Of a DNA stretch of 64,000 bases, positions 1 to 9,875 are shown piece by piece. Location: contig JBMZFJ010000003.1 of assembly GCA_049615345.1 (NCBI GenBank), positions 22,859 through 86,858 on the forward strand. Reading direction: 5' to 3'. This DNA comes from Porticoccaceae bacterium (GTDB taxonomy: Bacteria > Pseudomonadota > Gammaproteobacteria > Pseudomonadales > Porticoccaceae). How positions within the stretch are numbered: the first letter of the stretch is position 1; each line of letters begins with the position of its first letter. Both the position numbers and the translations under genes were made by a program. Below the pieces are notes generated by a model. It was not told the DNA's origin. It did no database searches and saw only the letters and a program-made list of their open reading frames with translations.

Positions 1-115
1 TTATGGCATGAAGCGACATATAGTATCAACCATAAAGCAATGAATGACTTGTTTTAAAAGATTTAGAGGTTTAGCGCTGTAATTAGCGAGAAACTTTCAA
101 GAGAAGATATACAAA

Positions 116-201
116 GTACGACTTTGACCTTCCTTGACACCGTACCCCTCTTAATCCTTGCTAAAGGATTTTTTTAGGACCCTCCCAGGGTCCTTTTTTT
201 T
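116..201 (+). ncRNA. Putative small RNA, tandem unit 1 (5' end uncertain)
   Basis: Non-coding. GTACG/CGTAC stem (116-144), ACCCCTCTT (144-152), hairpin AATCCTT-GCTA-AAGGATT (153-170), then a terminator. No family recognised. Confidence 0.5.
176..201 (+). terminator. Rho-independent terminator
   Basis: AGGACCCT-CCC-AGGGTCCT followed by a T run and GCCT. Confidence 0.85.
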
Positions 202-252
202 GCCTGGACAAAGGTCATAACAAAAAGTAATGACTAATATGCATTAAATGCA

Positions 253-289
253 TTGGATTAATGTTATGCCCGACATTAAAGTGCGCGCC
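253..289 (+). promoter_or_regulatory. Putative sigma70 promoter of sRNA unit 2
   Basis: TTGGAT (253-258), N18, TAAAGT (277-282), then GC-rich discriminator GCGCGCC. Palindrome ATGCATT-A-AATGCAT (239-253) abuts the -35. Confidence 0.45.
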
Positions 290-388
290 ATAGAGAGGTA
301 GCTACCTACTAGCACTCTCTACCCAAACCCCTCTTTGCGAGTTATCCAAAGAATTTATCGGGAGCCTACCCTAGGCTCCCTTTTTTTT
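290..388 (+). ncRNA. Putative small RNA, tandem unit 2 (~100 nt)
   Basis: TAGAGAG/CTCTCTA stem (291-321), ACCCCTCTT (327-335), TCTTTG/CAAAGA stem (332-352), terminator; promoter-like elements directly upstream. Confidence 0.55.
360..388 (+). terminator. Rho-independent terminator
   Basis: GGGAGCCTA-CCC-TAGGCTCCC, then T8 and GCCT. Confidence 0.9.
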
Positions 389-405
389 GCCTAAAATATA
401 ATTCT

Positions 406-819
406 CTATTGAATCTCGTAGCTATGGCTCATGGCAACACCGGCCGCACCGAGCATAATGGAGGCGGAACAATATTTTTCGGCTGATAGGTCAACCGCAC
501 GCTTTACTTGGTTTTCTTTTAGATCATTGCCACTGACTACAAAGTTAATATGAATTTTACTAAATACTGCGGGCACAGCGTCCACACGCTCGGCCTCGAC
601 TTCAGCTCGACAGTCCACAATTTGCTGACGACCTTTCTTCAACATAGCAATAACATCATAGGAAGCGCAGCCACCTAAGCCTAGGAGAAGCATTTCCATA
701 GGGCGCACCCCCATATTTCTGCCTCCCTGTTCTGGCGCACCGTCCATAACAACAGAGTGCCCACTCCCAGACTCTCCCACAAACATTACGCCATCAACCC
801 ACTTTACGACCGCTTTCAT
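406..819 (-). CDS. OsmC/YhfA family protein
   Basis: MKAVVKW...DGAPEQGGRNMGVRPMEMLLLGLGGC...KYCSASIML; likely start ATG 819 (track starts at 861); divergent from crp as in Pseudomonas. Confidence 0.9.
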   Translation of the reverse strand: MKAVVKWVDGVMFVGESGSGHSVVMDGAPEQGGRNMGVRPMEMLLLGLGGCASYDVIAMLKKGRQQIVDCRAEVEAERVDAVPAVFSKIHINFVVSGNDLKENQVKRAVDLSAEKYCSASIMLGAAGVAMSHSYEIQ

Positions 820-975
820 TAAATTAACCTCTGATACTCTAAATTCGTTTAATCCATGCATTTTACCAGTGATTCAGCGCAAGAAGCACTTTTGTTTACT
901 AGTATTAAAATGTAACGCTAGCCAAAAGGCTTTCTCTATTTAATATTTCCAAAACACAAGACTAGGAGATATAGC

Positions 976-1665
976 TTGAGCATCTACCAAAGTTCCTTCC
1001 CTCTTCGAAACATAGGGATTTTTCTCAAATATTGCCGAAAGCGAAGCTATAAAGCGAAAGGCATCATTATTCATTATGGAGATCGAAGTAATTCACTTTA
1101 TTATATTTTGAGCGGATCCGTTGCAGTTGTTGCAGAAGACAGCGATGGCAAAGAAATAACTCTAACATACCTTAACTCTGGTGATTTTGTCGGCGAGATG
1201 GGATTATTTGATGAAAATCCTCGCAGCGCTAGCGTAAGGGCAAAAACAAAATGTGAGATAGCTGAGATAAGTTATGGCAAATTTGTTCCTCTGTGCTTCA
1301 AATATCCAGAATTTATTTTTACCATAGCGCAGCAAATTTCAGCACGCCTTGCACATACCTCACGTAAGGCCACTGACCTTGCTTTTCTCAACGTAAGCGG
1401 TCGAGTCGCAAGAGTGCTTATCGATCTGTGTCATGAGCCCGATGCTCGAAAAAAACCAAATGGAACACATATCCACATTACACGCCAAGAAATAGCAAGA
1501 TTGGCCGGTTGCTCAAGGGAAATGGCTGGAAGGATTTTAAAGAACCTTGAAGCCAAACGGCTTGTTTCACTCTATGGCAAGACAGTAGTTGTACCCAAAA
1601 GCAAGCAAACAACATTGTTCTTGCTCAATAAAATGCTATCTCCACCTAACCAAAAAAATCCTTGA
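976..1665 (+). CDS. crp: cAMP receptor protein CRP/Vfr family regulator (divergent, extended C-terminus)
   Basis: cNMP domain [10 protein letters not shown]...[12 protein letters not shown]; [25 protein letters not shown]; RBS AGGAG; trpC-vfr-osmC synteny. Confidence 0.9.
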   Translation: MSIYQSSFPLRNIGIFLKYCRKRSYKAKGIIIHYGDRSNSLYYILSGSVAVVAEDSDGKEITLTYLNSGDFVGEMGLFDENPRSASVRAKTKCEIAEISYGKFVPLCFKYPEFIFTIAQQISARLAHTSRKATDLAFLNVSGRVARVLIDLCHEPDARKKPNGTHIHITRQEIARLAGCSREMAGRILKNLEAKRLVSLYGKTVVVPKSKQTTLFLLNKMLSPPNQKNP

Positions 1666-2446
1666 GCTGCTTGCCTGGATTCTCACTGCGCATAAAGGCT
1701 TCACCTACAAGGAAAGCATGTACATTATTGTCTCTCATTAACTGCACATCATTACCACTGTGAATGCCGCTTTCAGTAATCACAATGCGATTCTGCGGAA
1801 TTTGATCGAGCAATTCAAAGGTATTATCTAACGACACGTCAAAGGTATGCAGGTTTCTATTATTGATCCCCACCATTGGGTTGTCGACGGCAAGAGCGAT
1901 CTCTAGCTCGCGCTGATCATGTACTTCAACCAATACATCTAAGCCTAGAGCCAATGCAGTGGCGTGCAGACTGTATAACTCTTGTGGCTGAAGTGCAGAA
2001 ACAATTAGCAGGACACAATCCGCCCCCATAGCCCGAGATTCATACAGTTGATACTCGTCAATAATAAAGTCTTTTCTAATCACTGGCAGACTACAAGCCG
2101 CCCGAGCATCCACAAGGTACTGATCAGCGCCTTGAAAGAAATCCACATCAGTAAGAACGGACAGACAGGCCGCTCCCCCCTGCTCATAGCTCTTGGCAAT
2201 ATCAACCGGATCAAAATCTTCTCGGATAACTCCCTTACTTGGCGAGGCTTTCTTAATTTCTGCGATCACTGCCGATTCTCCAGCAGAGATTTTTGCCTGC
2301 AGCGCCTTGGCAAAGCCGCGTGGCGCAGAAGCATGCTCTAGCTGTGCTTTTAGCTGCTCAACACTGACTACAGACTTGCGATCGGCAACTTCTTGCGCTT
2401 TTCTGGTCAATATTTTTTTTAATACTGTAGGCGTTTCAATACTCAT
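1646..2446 (-). CDS. trpC: Indole-3-glycerol phosphate synthase
   Basis: [30 protein letters not shown] motifs. Confidence 0.97.
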   Translation of the reverse strand: MSIETPTVLKKILTRKAQEVADRKSVVSVEQLKAQLEHASAPRGFAKALQAKISAGESAVIAEIKKASPSKGVIREDFDPVDIAKSYEQGGAACLSVLTDVDFFQGADQYLVDARAACSLPVIRKDFIIDEYQLYESRAMGADCVLLIVSALQPQELYSLHATALALGLDVLVEVHDQRELEIALAVDNPMVGINNRNLHTFDVSLDNTFELLDQIPQNRIVITESGIHSGNDVQLMRDNNVHAFLVGEAFMRSENPGKQLKDFFG

Positions 2447-2466
2447 AATCTTCTCTTACAAGCTGT

Positions 2467-3504
2467 TTAGCTATCCGCTTGGGCTTTGGTAAAAGCGGCA
2501 AAATCGCTAATCTTTGCTCTGGCCAATCCAGACACTATGGCATCTTGCGCCATAGCAACACCCTGTTTTAAATCACCAGCACAGCCCGCAACATAGAGCG
2601 CGGCGCCGGAATTAATCGCAATCAGATCAGCTGCTTTCTCGGCATTTTCGCCCTGTTGCTTGCCCAGGGCGTCAGAAATAATATCAAATGATTGTTTTGC
2701 ATCACTCACCGACAGTCCATCTAAACTTTGTCTCTTAGCAAAAAACTCTTCAGGCTTAATAGTATATTCAGTGATGTTGCCGTCTTTAAATTCCGCCACA
2801 TAGGTTTCATCGGCAATACTAATTTCATCAAGTCCATCTGCCGAATTAACCACCATAATATGCTTGGCGCCCAAACGACCAAGCACCTCTGCCATGGGTC
2901 GGCAAAGCGCTTGGTCATAAACGCCTATCAACTGCTGATCAACCCCAGCTGGGTTAGTCATTGGGCCCAGAATATTAAAAATAGTTCTAAGTCCAAGTTC
3001 GCGACGAGGACCTATGGCGTGCTTCATAGCACTGTGATGCGATGGCGCAAACATAAAACCAACACCCAACTGATCAACACATTGGGCAACCTGCTCGGGT
3101 CTGAGACTAAGATTAGCGCCAGCGGCTTCGAGAAGATCAGCCGCACCACTACTGCTGCTAACCGAGCGATTGCCGTGTTTTGCAACTCGCCCACCAGAGG
3201 CAGCGACAACAAAACTCGAGGCGGTAGACACATTAAATAAATTTGATTCATCGCCGCCAGTGCCTACGATATCGACCAAATAATCGCCTGATACCTCAAC
3301 TCCAGTGGCTAATTCCCGCATCACTTCGACTGCACCAGCAATTTCATCAATGCTCTCGCCTTTCATGCGCAAGGCAACAAGAAATGCGCCAATCTGTGCC
3401 TCTGATGCCTGACCTGTCATAATTTGGCGCATCACAGAACGCATCTCAGCCGCCGCCAAATTTTGGTTATTTACCACGCTTTCTAATGCTTGAGTTATGT
3501 TCAC
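2467..3504 (-). CDS. trpD: Anthranilate phosphoribosyltransferase
   Basis: [22 protein letters not shown] motifs. Confidence 0.97.
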   Translation of the reverse strand: MNITQALESVVNNQNLAAAEMRSVMRQIMTGQASEAQIGAFLVALRMKGESIDEIAGAVEVMRELATGVEVSGDYLVDIVGTGGDESNLFNVSTASSFVVAASGGRVAKHGNRSVSSSSGAADLLEAAGANLSLRPEQVAQCVDQLGVGFMFAPSHHSAMKHAIGPRRELGLRTIFNILGPMTNPAGVDQQLIGVYDQALCRPMAEVLGRLGAKHIMVVNSADGLDEISIADETYVAEFKDGNITEYTIKPEEFFAKRQSLDGLSVSDAKQSFDIISDALGKQQGENAEKAADLIAINSGAALYVAGCAGDLKQGVAMAQDAIVSGLARAKISDFAAFTKAQADS

Positions 3505-3507
3505 AAT

Positions 3508-4086
3508 TTAACCTTTTAAGAAATTTTCTAGCAGGTCATGACCGTGCTGGGTAAGAATTGATTCTGGATGAAACTGCACGCCCTCCACTGCCCACTCTTT
3601 ATGGCGGACGCCCATAATTTCATCGCGCGAACCATCCTCATTTTGCGTCCAAGCAGTAATCTCTAGACAATCGGGAAGTGTATCCTGATTTATCACCAAC
3701 GAATGGTATCTAGTCGCTTCATAAGGGTTGGTCAGACCTGCAAAAACACCACTATTACTATGGTGAATCATTGAGGTTTTACCATGCATTACCTGCTTTG
3801 CTCGCACTATTTCTCCACCGAATGCTTGACCTATACTTTGATGCCCCAAGCAGATGCCTAAAATAGGAATTTTGCCGGCAAAATGCTTAATAGCCTCAAC
3901 TGACACGCCCGCTTCATTCGGCGTACAGGGACCTGGCGAAATAACAATTTTTTCTGGGGCGAGCTGCTCAATTTCAGCAATAGTTATTTGGTCATTGCGA
4001 TAGACTTTCACCTCTGCCTTGAGCTCAGCTAGATACTGCACCACGTTATAGGTGAACGAATCGTAGTTATCCACCATTAAAATCAT
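3508..4086 (-). CDS. trpG: Anthranilate synthase component II (glutamine amidotransferase)
   Basis: [27 protein letters not shown]. Confidence 0.95.
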   Translation of the reverse strand: MILMVDNYDSFTYNVVQYLAELKAEVKVYRNDQITIAEIEQLAPEKIVISPGPCTPNEAGVSVEAIKHFAGKIPILGICLGHQSIGQAFGGEIVRAKQVMHGKTSMIHHSNSGVFAGLTNPYEATRYHSLVINQDTLPDCLEITAWTQNEDGSRDEIMGVRHKEWAVEGVQFHPESILTQHGHDLLENFLKG

Positions 4087-5564
4087 TTTTCCACCTCGGC
4101 ACTCACCATAGCTGCTGCGCGCATAACCGCGCGGGCTTTATTCATTGTCTCTTTCCACTCCAGCTCTGGCTTAGAATCGGCAACAACACCGGCCCCAGCT
4201 TGGACATGCAATACATCATCTTTAATCACTGCAGTTCGAATGGCAATCGCTGTATCCATATTGCCATTCCAGCCAATATAGCCCACTGCACCACCATAGA
4301 TACCACGCTTTACTGGCTCGACTTCATCAATGATCTCCATGGCGCGAATCTTTGGCGCACCACTCAGAGTGCCGGCGGGAAGCGTTGCTTTTAGCACCTC
4401 AATCGGGCCCATATTATTAAGGACCTCACCCACTACATTGGAGGTAATATGCATGACGTGGGAATAGCGCTCAACCACCATTTTTTCTGTCACCTCTACC
4501 GAGCCAGATTGACTAATACGTCCCACATCATTACGCCCAAGGTCGATCAACATTAGATGCTCGGCAATCTCTTTTGGATCATCGAGCATATCTTTTTCTA
4601 GGACCAAATCTTCTTCTGCCGTTTTACCTCTTCGCCTAGTGCCAGCAATGGGACGAACCGTAACCTGTCCATCTTCTAATCGCGCAAGCACTTCTGGCGA
4701 TGAACCCACAATATGGAAATCATCAAGGTTTAAGAAAAACATATAGGGCGAGGGATTGAGGCGGCGCAAAGATCGATACAGATTTAACGGCGATGCTGTA
4801 AAAGGTGCGGATAACCGCTGGGATGGCACCACCTGCATGGCATCCCCCGCCATTATGTAGTCTTTGATTTTGTCCACCGACTTAAGAAATGCCTCTTGAC
4901 CAAAACTAGACTTAAATGACGCCTCAGATAGATCATCACTGGATGCCTTCGCCTCTGGCAACTGAGGGGTAGGCATTGTCAGCTTGTGCTGAAGCTCATC
5001 AAGACGCGCATTAGCCTGATCCAAGCCTCCTGCCTGCTCAGCATCCACATGAACCACTAGCATTAGCGTACCTGATAGATTATCAAAAATCGCCACTTCG
5101 TCAGATGCCATCAATAAAATATCTGGCGTGCCCAATTCGTCTTTGGGGACAGATTTAGCCAATCTAGGTTCGACATAGCGCACGGTGTCATAGCCAAAAT
5201 AGCCAACTAGCCCACCGGTAAATCTGGGTAAGTCTGGAAGATCGGGCATGCTGAAAAGTTGACGAAATCGCTCAACCTCGGCCATGGGGTCGTCGGTATG
5301 TCGATCGACCATGGGTTCACCATCTCGAATAATCTCTAAACGCTGACCATAGACTCTGAGTACAGTTGAAGTTTGCAATCCGATAAGCGAATAGCGACCC
5401 CACTTTTCTCCGCCCTGCATAGATTCAAAAAGATAGGAATTGGGGCCATGGGCCAACTTAAGATAAACGCTGAGAGGCGTTTCAAAATCGGCTAAAACTT
5501 CTCGAGTAACCGGAATGCGGTTGAAGTTTTGGTCTGCAAGTTCTGCGAATTTTTCAGGGGTCAT
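4083..5564 (-). CDS. trpE: Anthranilate synthase component I
   Basis: [25 protein letters not shown] motifs; operon with trpGDC. Confidence 0.95.
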   Translation of the reverse strand: MTPEKFAELADQNFNRIPVTREVLADFETPLSVYLKLAHGPNSYLFESMQGGEKWGRYSLIGLQTSTVLRVYGQRLEIIRDGEPMVDRHTDDPMAEVERFRQLFSMPDLPDLPRFTGGLVGYFGYDTVRYVEPRLAKSVPKDELGTPDILLMASDEVAIFDNLSGTLMLVVHVDAEQAGGLDQANARLDELQHKLTMPTPQLPEAKASSDDLSEASFKSSFGQEAFLKSVDKIKDYIMAGDAMQVVPSQRLSAPFTASPLNLYRSLRRLNPSPYMFFLNLDDFHIVGSSPEVLARLEDGQVTVRPIAGTRRRGKTAEEDLVLEKDMLDDPKEIAEHLMLIDLGRNDVGRISQSGSVEVTEKMVVERYSHVMHITSNVVGEVLNNMGPIEVLKATLPAGTLSGAPKIRAMEIIDEVEPVKRGIYGGAVGYIGWNGNMDTAIAIRTAVIKDDVLHVQAGAGVVADSKPELEWKETMNKARAVMRAAAMVSAEVEK

Positions 5565-5598
5565 TTTAGATTCCTAGCACTGTGAGCGGATAATTTTC

Positions 5599-5641
5599 GG
5601 GACGTACGTCGCCCCTGGCGATACTATAGGTACCATCGCCA
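5599..5641 (-). promoter_or_regulatory. trpE attenuator-like alternative hairpins
   Basis: TGGCGAT (5616-5622)/ATCGCCA (5635-5641) stem overlaps the Trp codons; competing TCGCC (5609-5613)/GGCGA (5617-5621); no U-tract. Confidence 0.55.
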
Positions 5642-5686
5642 CCGCTGACGGCATTTTGCCTGCTGTGCATAAAGACTCTGCTTCAA
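5624..5686 (-). CDS. trpL: Putative trp leader peptide MKQSLYAQQAKCRQRWRWYL
   Basis: Translated by hand: TTG start, upstream AAGAGGGTGAG SD-like sequence, two TGG codons (RWRW), TAG stop; 59 nt upstream of trpE. Confidence 0.7.
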   Translation of the reverse strand: MKQSLYAQQAKCRQRWRWYL

Positions 5687-5740
5687 AAGCTCACCCTCTT
5701 AATTGACCCTTATTGTAGCCAATAATATGGTGCCCGTAAA

Positions 5741-6412
5741 TTAACCCACTAAGCTCAATTCGGCGCGCATTTTATCAATGACCTGTTTGTAGTCAGGCTG
5801 ACTAAAAATTGCCGAGCCGGCGACAAAGGTATCGGCGCCCGCCGCCGCAACTTCGCGGATATTGGCCACACCGACACCGCCATCAACTTCTAATCGAATA
5901 TCCAAGCCGCTCTCGTCAATCATCTTTCTCGCCAGCTTTAGCTTGTCTAGAGTTGAGGGGATAAATTTCTGTCCTCCAAAACCTGGATTAACCGACATTA
6001 GCAATAACATATCCAGCCTATCGAGCACCCAATCCAGAGAATCTAACCCTGTCGCCGGATTTAATACTAGACCGGCCTTACAACCCAAATCACGCACCAA
6101 CTGCAAGGATCGATCAACATGCTGAGAGGCCTCGGGGTGAAAGGTAATATAGCTAGCGCCCGCATCGGCAAACATACGAATCAAGTCATCCACCGGCTGA
6201 ACCATTAGATGGACATCAATTGGCGCTGTAACGCCGTAGTCTCTTAGAGCCTTGCATACCATGGGGCCAATCGTGAGATTGGGCACATAATGATTGTCCA
6301 TAACATCAAAATGCACAATATCAGCACCAGCGTCCAGAACGGTTTCAACCTCTTCACCAAGTCGGGCAAAGTCAGCGGCCAATATGGATGGAGCAATTAA
6401 AAAATTTGTCAT
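5741..6412 (-). CDS. rpe: Ribulose-phosphate 3-epimerase
   Basis: [36 protein letters not shown]. Confidence 0.97.
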   Translation of the reverse strand: MTNFLIAPSILAADFARLGEEVETVLDAGADIVHFDVMDNHYVPNLTIGPMVCKALRDYGVTAPIDVHLMVQPVDDLIRMFADAGASYITFHPEASQHVDRSLQLVRDLGCKAGLVLNPATGLDSLDWVLDRLDMLLLMSVNPGFGGQKFIPSTLDKLKLARKMIDESGLDIRLEVDGGVGVANIREVAAAGADTFVAGSAIFSQPDYKQVIDKMRAELSLVG

Positions 6413-6548
6413 ACAGCACCAAGCTTTATAAGAGGTGTAATAATGCTAGAGATTGGTTTGTGGTGCAAATAATTTACGACTTTATTGATGATTAAAAAGT
6501 CAAACTAACAACAAATTACTGCCAGAGTCATAGAGCGCGGGCAAAAAC

Positions 6549-6564
6549 TGTCACTTTGCTCACA
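6549..6564. promoter_or_regulatory. CRP/Vfr-box-like site
   Basis: TGTCA-N6-TCACA, one mismatch from TGTGA-N6-TCACA, in the rpe/gshB divergent region. Confidence 0.35.
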
Positions 6565-6607
6565 ACCTATGTAACAATAAACCCCTAACCTGTTAATTGA
6601 GTGCTTA

Positions 6608-7564
6608 TTGATATCTATGGAAAAATCTCTTGGAATTGTGATGGACCCAATACAATCCATTAACTACTTAAAGGATACCAGTCTAAGTATTCTGTTGGCG
6701 GCACAGCGACAGGGCTACAAACTGTTTTATATTGAGCAAGGGGATTTGTTTCTTGAGAATGGGCTGCCCTTTGCTGAGATTTGCCCGCTACGTGTTTTTG
6801 ACAGCCCAGACCGTTGGTATGAGCTCGACAACCGGAGTGCGGTGCCGCTTGATGAGATAGATGTAGTATTAATGCGCAAAGATCCGCCCTTTGACAGCGA
6901 ATATATTTATTCCACATATATTTTAGAAGCAGCGGAAAAGCGCGGCACTCTGGTTGTTAATAAGCCGCAAAGTCTTCGCGACTGCAATGAAAAAGTATTT
7001 GCCACAGAATTCCCCCAATGTACGCCACCACTCTTGGTTAGCCGCAGCCTAAAGCGTTTAAAGGGTTTTTTAGAGGAGCATCAAGATGTTGTATTTAAGC
7101 CCCTGGATGGCATGGGTGGAACCTCAATTTTCAGGGTTAAAGCAGACGACCAAAATCTAAACGTCATTTTAGAAACGCTAACCCAGTATGGAAGCCAGAC
7201 CATCATGGCGCAAAAGTACTTAGCTGGTATTTCTGATGGCGATAAACGGGTGCTAATTGTGGATGGTGAAGTTATACCCTATTGTCTGGCAAGAATTCCA
7301 TCCGCGAATGATTTTCGCGGCAATTTGGCGGCCGGCGGTCGGGGTGAAGTAAGGCCTTTATCAGATAGAGACCAATGGATCGCCAAACAAATAGCACCTA
7401 CTTTGGTGGAACGTGGACTGCTATTTGTTGGGCTAGATATTATCGGTGATTACCTCACCGAAATTAATGTGACTAGCCCAACCTGCGTACAAGAAATTGA
7501 TAGGGAAAAAAATACCGCCATTGGCGACAAACTAATTGCGGCCATTAACCGCCGCCTAAGCTAA
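6608..7564 (+). CDS. gshB: Glutathione synthetase
   Basis: MRKDPPFD, KPLDGMGG, RGNLAAGG, EINVTSPT; start may be ATG 6617. Confidence 0.96.
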   Translation: MISMEKSLGIVMDPIQSINYLKDTSLSILLAAQRQGYKLFYIEQGDLFLENGLPFAEICPLRVFDSPDRWYELDNRSAVPLDEIDVVLMRKDPPFDSEYIYSTYILEAAEKRGTLVVNKPQSLRDCNEKVFATEFPQCTPPLLVSRSLKRLKGFLEEHQDVVFKPLDGMGGTSIFRVKADDQNLNVILETLTQYGSQTIMAQKYLAGISDGDKRVLIVDGEVIPYCLARIPSANDFRGNLAAGGRGEVRPLSDRDQWIAKQIAPTLVERGLLFVGLDIIGDYLTEINVTSPTCVQEIDREKNTAIGDKLIAAINRRLS

Positions 7565-7627
7565 TACTAAAGCTTAAATGTGGACTTATGCTTGTTTTTG
7601 GTTGGTTAAGGTCTCATATTATTACTC

Positions 7628-8206
7628 ATGGGTGTACCTTTGAAAAAAATTATTAACAGCCTTAAAAATCACTTTCTAGTGGCAATGCCCGGGTTAAATG
7701 ATGAAAATTTTTCTGGCAGTGTCGTCTATATCTGCGAGCATAATGCCGATGGCGCTATGGGACTTATTATCAATCAACAATTAGATATTCCTGCAAAGGC
7801 TGTTTTTGATAGACTCGAACTTGAGCAAAAAAGCAATCTGGGCGATGAATTAATTTTTGATGGCGGCCCGATTCAACAGGATCGTGGATTTATCTTACAC
7901 AGTACCAGTGACCAAAAGTGGGAATCAACAATACATATTGGCGGAGGTGTCAGTCTGTCGACATCCAAAGATATTCTCGGCGATATAGCCCTGGGGAGCG
8001 GCCCCAAAGACGCTCTAATTACGCTGGGCTATTCTAGCTGGGAGGCTGGGCAACTAGAGCGCGAACTGAAAGAAAATACCTGGTTGACAATACCTGCCGA
8101 CTCCTCAATTATTTTCAACACCGATTGCACGCAGCGAGCCCATGCCGCGGCGCTTTCAATAGGTTTGAATTTAGATAGCTTAGCGCTAGATTCCGGTCAT
8201 GCCTGA
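7628..8206 (+). CDS. yqgE: YqgE/AlgH family protein
   Basis: FLVAMP, ICEHNADGAMGLIIN, GGPIQQDRGFILH, WEAGQLERE. Confidence 0.92.
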   Translation: MGVPLKKIINSLKNHFLVAMPGLNDENFSGSVVYICEHNADGAMGLIINQQLDIPAKAVFDRLELEQKSNLGDELIFDGGPIQQDRGFILHSTSDQKWESTIHIGGGVSLSTSKDILGDIALGSGPKDALITLGYSSWEAGQLERELKENTWLTIPADSSIIFNTDCTQRAHAAALSIGLNLDSLALDSGHA

Positions 8207-8654
8207 TTCAAATAAGCACCAAACTGTCATCGCTTTTGATTATGGTCTGCGGCAAATTGGTGTCGCCCATGGTCAAACTCTGACCTGCAATGCCGAGGGC
8301 ATAAGTATCTTAAAAGCATCTGACGGCGTGCCAAACTGGGATCAGGTAGCAGCATTACTACTTGAGTGGAAACCAAACTTACTACTTGTCGGCTTGCCGC
8401 TCAATATGGATGGAAGCGAGAGCGAACTCAGCCGCCTAGCGCGAAAATTTGCCCGCCGACTTCAGGGTCGCTTCAATTTGGACGTGCTAATGGTAGACGA
8501 ACGGCTGACCAGTCGAGACGCAAAATCCACATTGAGAGACGCCGTACCAGAACGACAGAGCGGCAGAATTAATTTAACTAAAATCGATCATCTTGCTGCC
8601 GCCCTTATCTTACAAAGCTGGCTAGACCAACCAACCCTTGGTCAAAATCCCTAG
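8199..8654 (+). CDS. yqgF: Pre-16S rRNA nuclease / Holliday junction resolvase-like YqgF (RuvX)
   Basis: AFDYG, VGLPLNMDG, DERLTS, DHLAAALIL. Confidence 0.93.
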   Translation: MPDSNKHQTVIAFDYGLRQIGVAHGQTLTCNAEGISILKASDGVPNWDQVAALLLEWKPNLLLVGLPLNMDGSESELSRLARKFARRLQGRFNLDVLMVDERLTSRDAKSTLRDAVPERQSGRINLTKIDHLAAALILQSWLDQPTLGQNP

Positions 8655-9697
8655 CTGGCTTGGCGAGAAGCTTCCACGGCTGGAAATAGCTCTCGACTTA
8701 CAACGCCTTTGCCCACTAACCTACTCAAGCTCTGATCCATGGTAGTCATTCCCGATGCGGCCCCAGTTTGCAGTGCCGAATAAATTTCTGCTATACGATC
8801 GGTGCGAATTAAGTTCTTAATCGCCGATGTCGCCACCATAATCTCGCTTGCAACAACACGACCGCCGCTTTTGCGGCGCAATAAAGCCTGAGAAGCAACC
8901 GCTTGCAAAGATTCGGCCAACATTGAGCGCACAAGCTGCCTTTCTTCCGCTGGGAACATATCGATAATTCGACTGATTGATGCCGCAGCGCCACCAGTAT
9001 GAAGCGTCGCCAGCACCAAATGCCCTGTTTCCGCGGCAGATAATGCCATTCTTACTGTTTCTAGATCGCGCATCTCACCCACCATAATGACATCTGGATC
9101 TTCGCGCATGGCGGATCTTAATGCCCCATCAAAACTCGTTGCATCGCGTCCAATTTGACGCTGACTCACTAAGCTTTTATTGCTTGTATGAACAAATTCA
9201 ATCGGGTCCTCTAGGGTGACTATATGCTTGCGACTAAAATCGTTAATGTGCTTTAGCATTGCCGCCAAAGTGGTCGACTTTCCAGATCCAGAGGCCCCAG
9301 TAATAAGTACCAATCCGCGCGGTTTGCCGGTCATTTTTTGGTAAATTCCACCCAACCCCAACTCCGCCAATGTTGGTATATCTATGGGTATGGCGCGAAA
9401 AACTGCCGTTATACCGCGATGCTGCTTAAAGATATTTACCCTAAAACGTGCGCGCTGAGGGAGCTCCCACGCTAAATCAATTTCAGAGTTTTTTTCAAAT
9501 AGTCCAATCTGCTGATCACTCATAAGCCCGAAGACTAATCGCTTAATTTGCGCGAGCTCAAGGGGCGGTAGTGTTGTTTTCTGGACTTCGCCATCAATTC
9601 GCAAAATGGGCGGCAAGCCGGAGGAGAGATGCAGATCTGAGGCCCGTGCTTCAAGGGCTATTTCTAGTAAATTTGAGATTTCCATAATAATTTCCAA
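8651..9697 (-). CDS. pilT: Type IV pilus retraction ATPase
   Basis: ASDLHL, Walker A GASGSGKSTT, EDPIE, REDPDVIMVGEMRD, TLHT, AIKNLIR; divergent from yggS. Confidence 0.88.
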   Translation of the reverse strand: MEIIMEISNLLEIALEARASDLHLSSGLPPILRIDGEVQKTTLPPLELAQIKRLVFGLMSDQQIGLFEKNSEIDLAWELPQRARFRVNIFKQHRGITAVFRAIPIDIPTLAELGLGGIYQKMTGKPRGLVLITGASGSGKSTTLAAMLKHINDFSRKHIVTLEDPIEFVHTSNKSLVSQRQIGRDATSFDGALRSAMREDPDVIMVGEMRDLETVRMALSAAETGHLVLATLHTGGAAASISRIIDMFPAEERQLVRSMLAESLQAVASQALLRRKSGGRVVASEIMVATSAIKNLIRTDRIAEIYSALQTGAASGMTTMDQSLSRLVGKGVVSRELFPAVEASRQAS

Positions 9698-9875
9698 TCC
9701 TTTGAATTATTAGTATAAGACAATTACTACAAAGTTATTGCCGATCGCCTGTAAGGTCGTCAAAATGCTCCATGTGTTACCGTTACGACCGCGATAACAA
9801 TACATTCAATATAGCATAATAAAATGCTAGCAAATTAATATCGTATTTTTGCCAAACAACTGTAGACTTGGTCCT

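Noticed and set aside
39-49. AATGAATGACT shared with the exbD upstream region (34046-34056)
   Set aside because: One shared 11-mer among AT-rich intergenic sequences is expected by chance; not palindromic and not a convincing Fur box.
1-57. Open frame LWHEATYSINHKAMNDLF* at the window start
   Set aside because: Too short and truncated to assign; could be a gene end or non-coding.
116-392. CsrB/RsmZ-type RNA on the minus strand, or a CRISPR/REP array
   Set aside because: Few GGA motifs; the T runs define plus-strand termination; only two diverged units with no repeat-spacer pattern.
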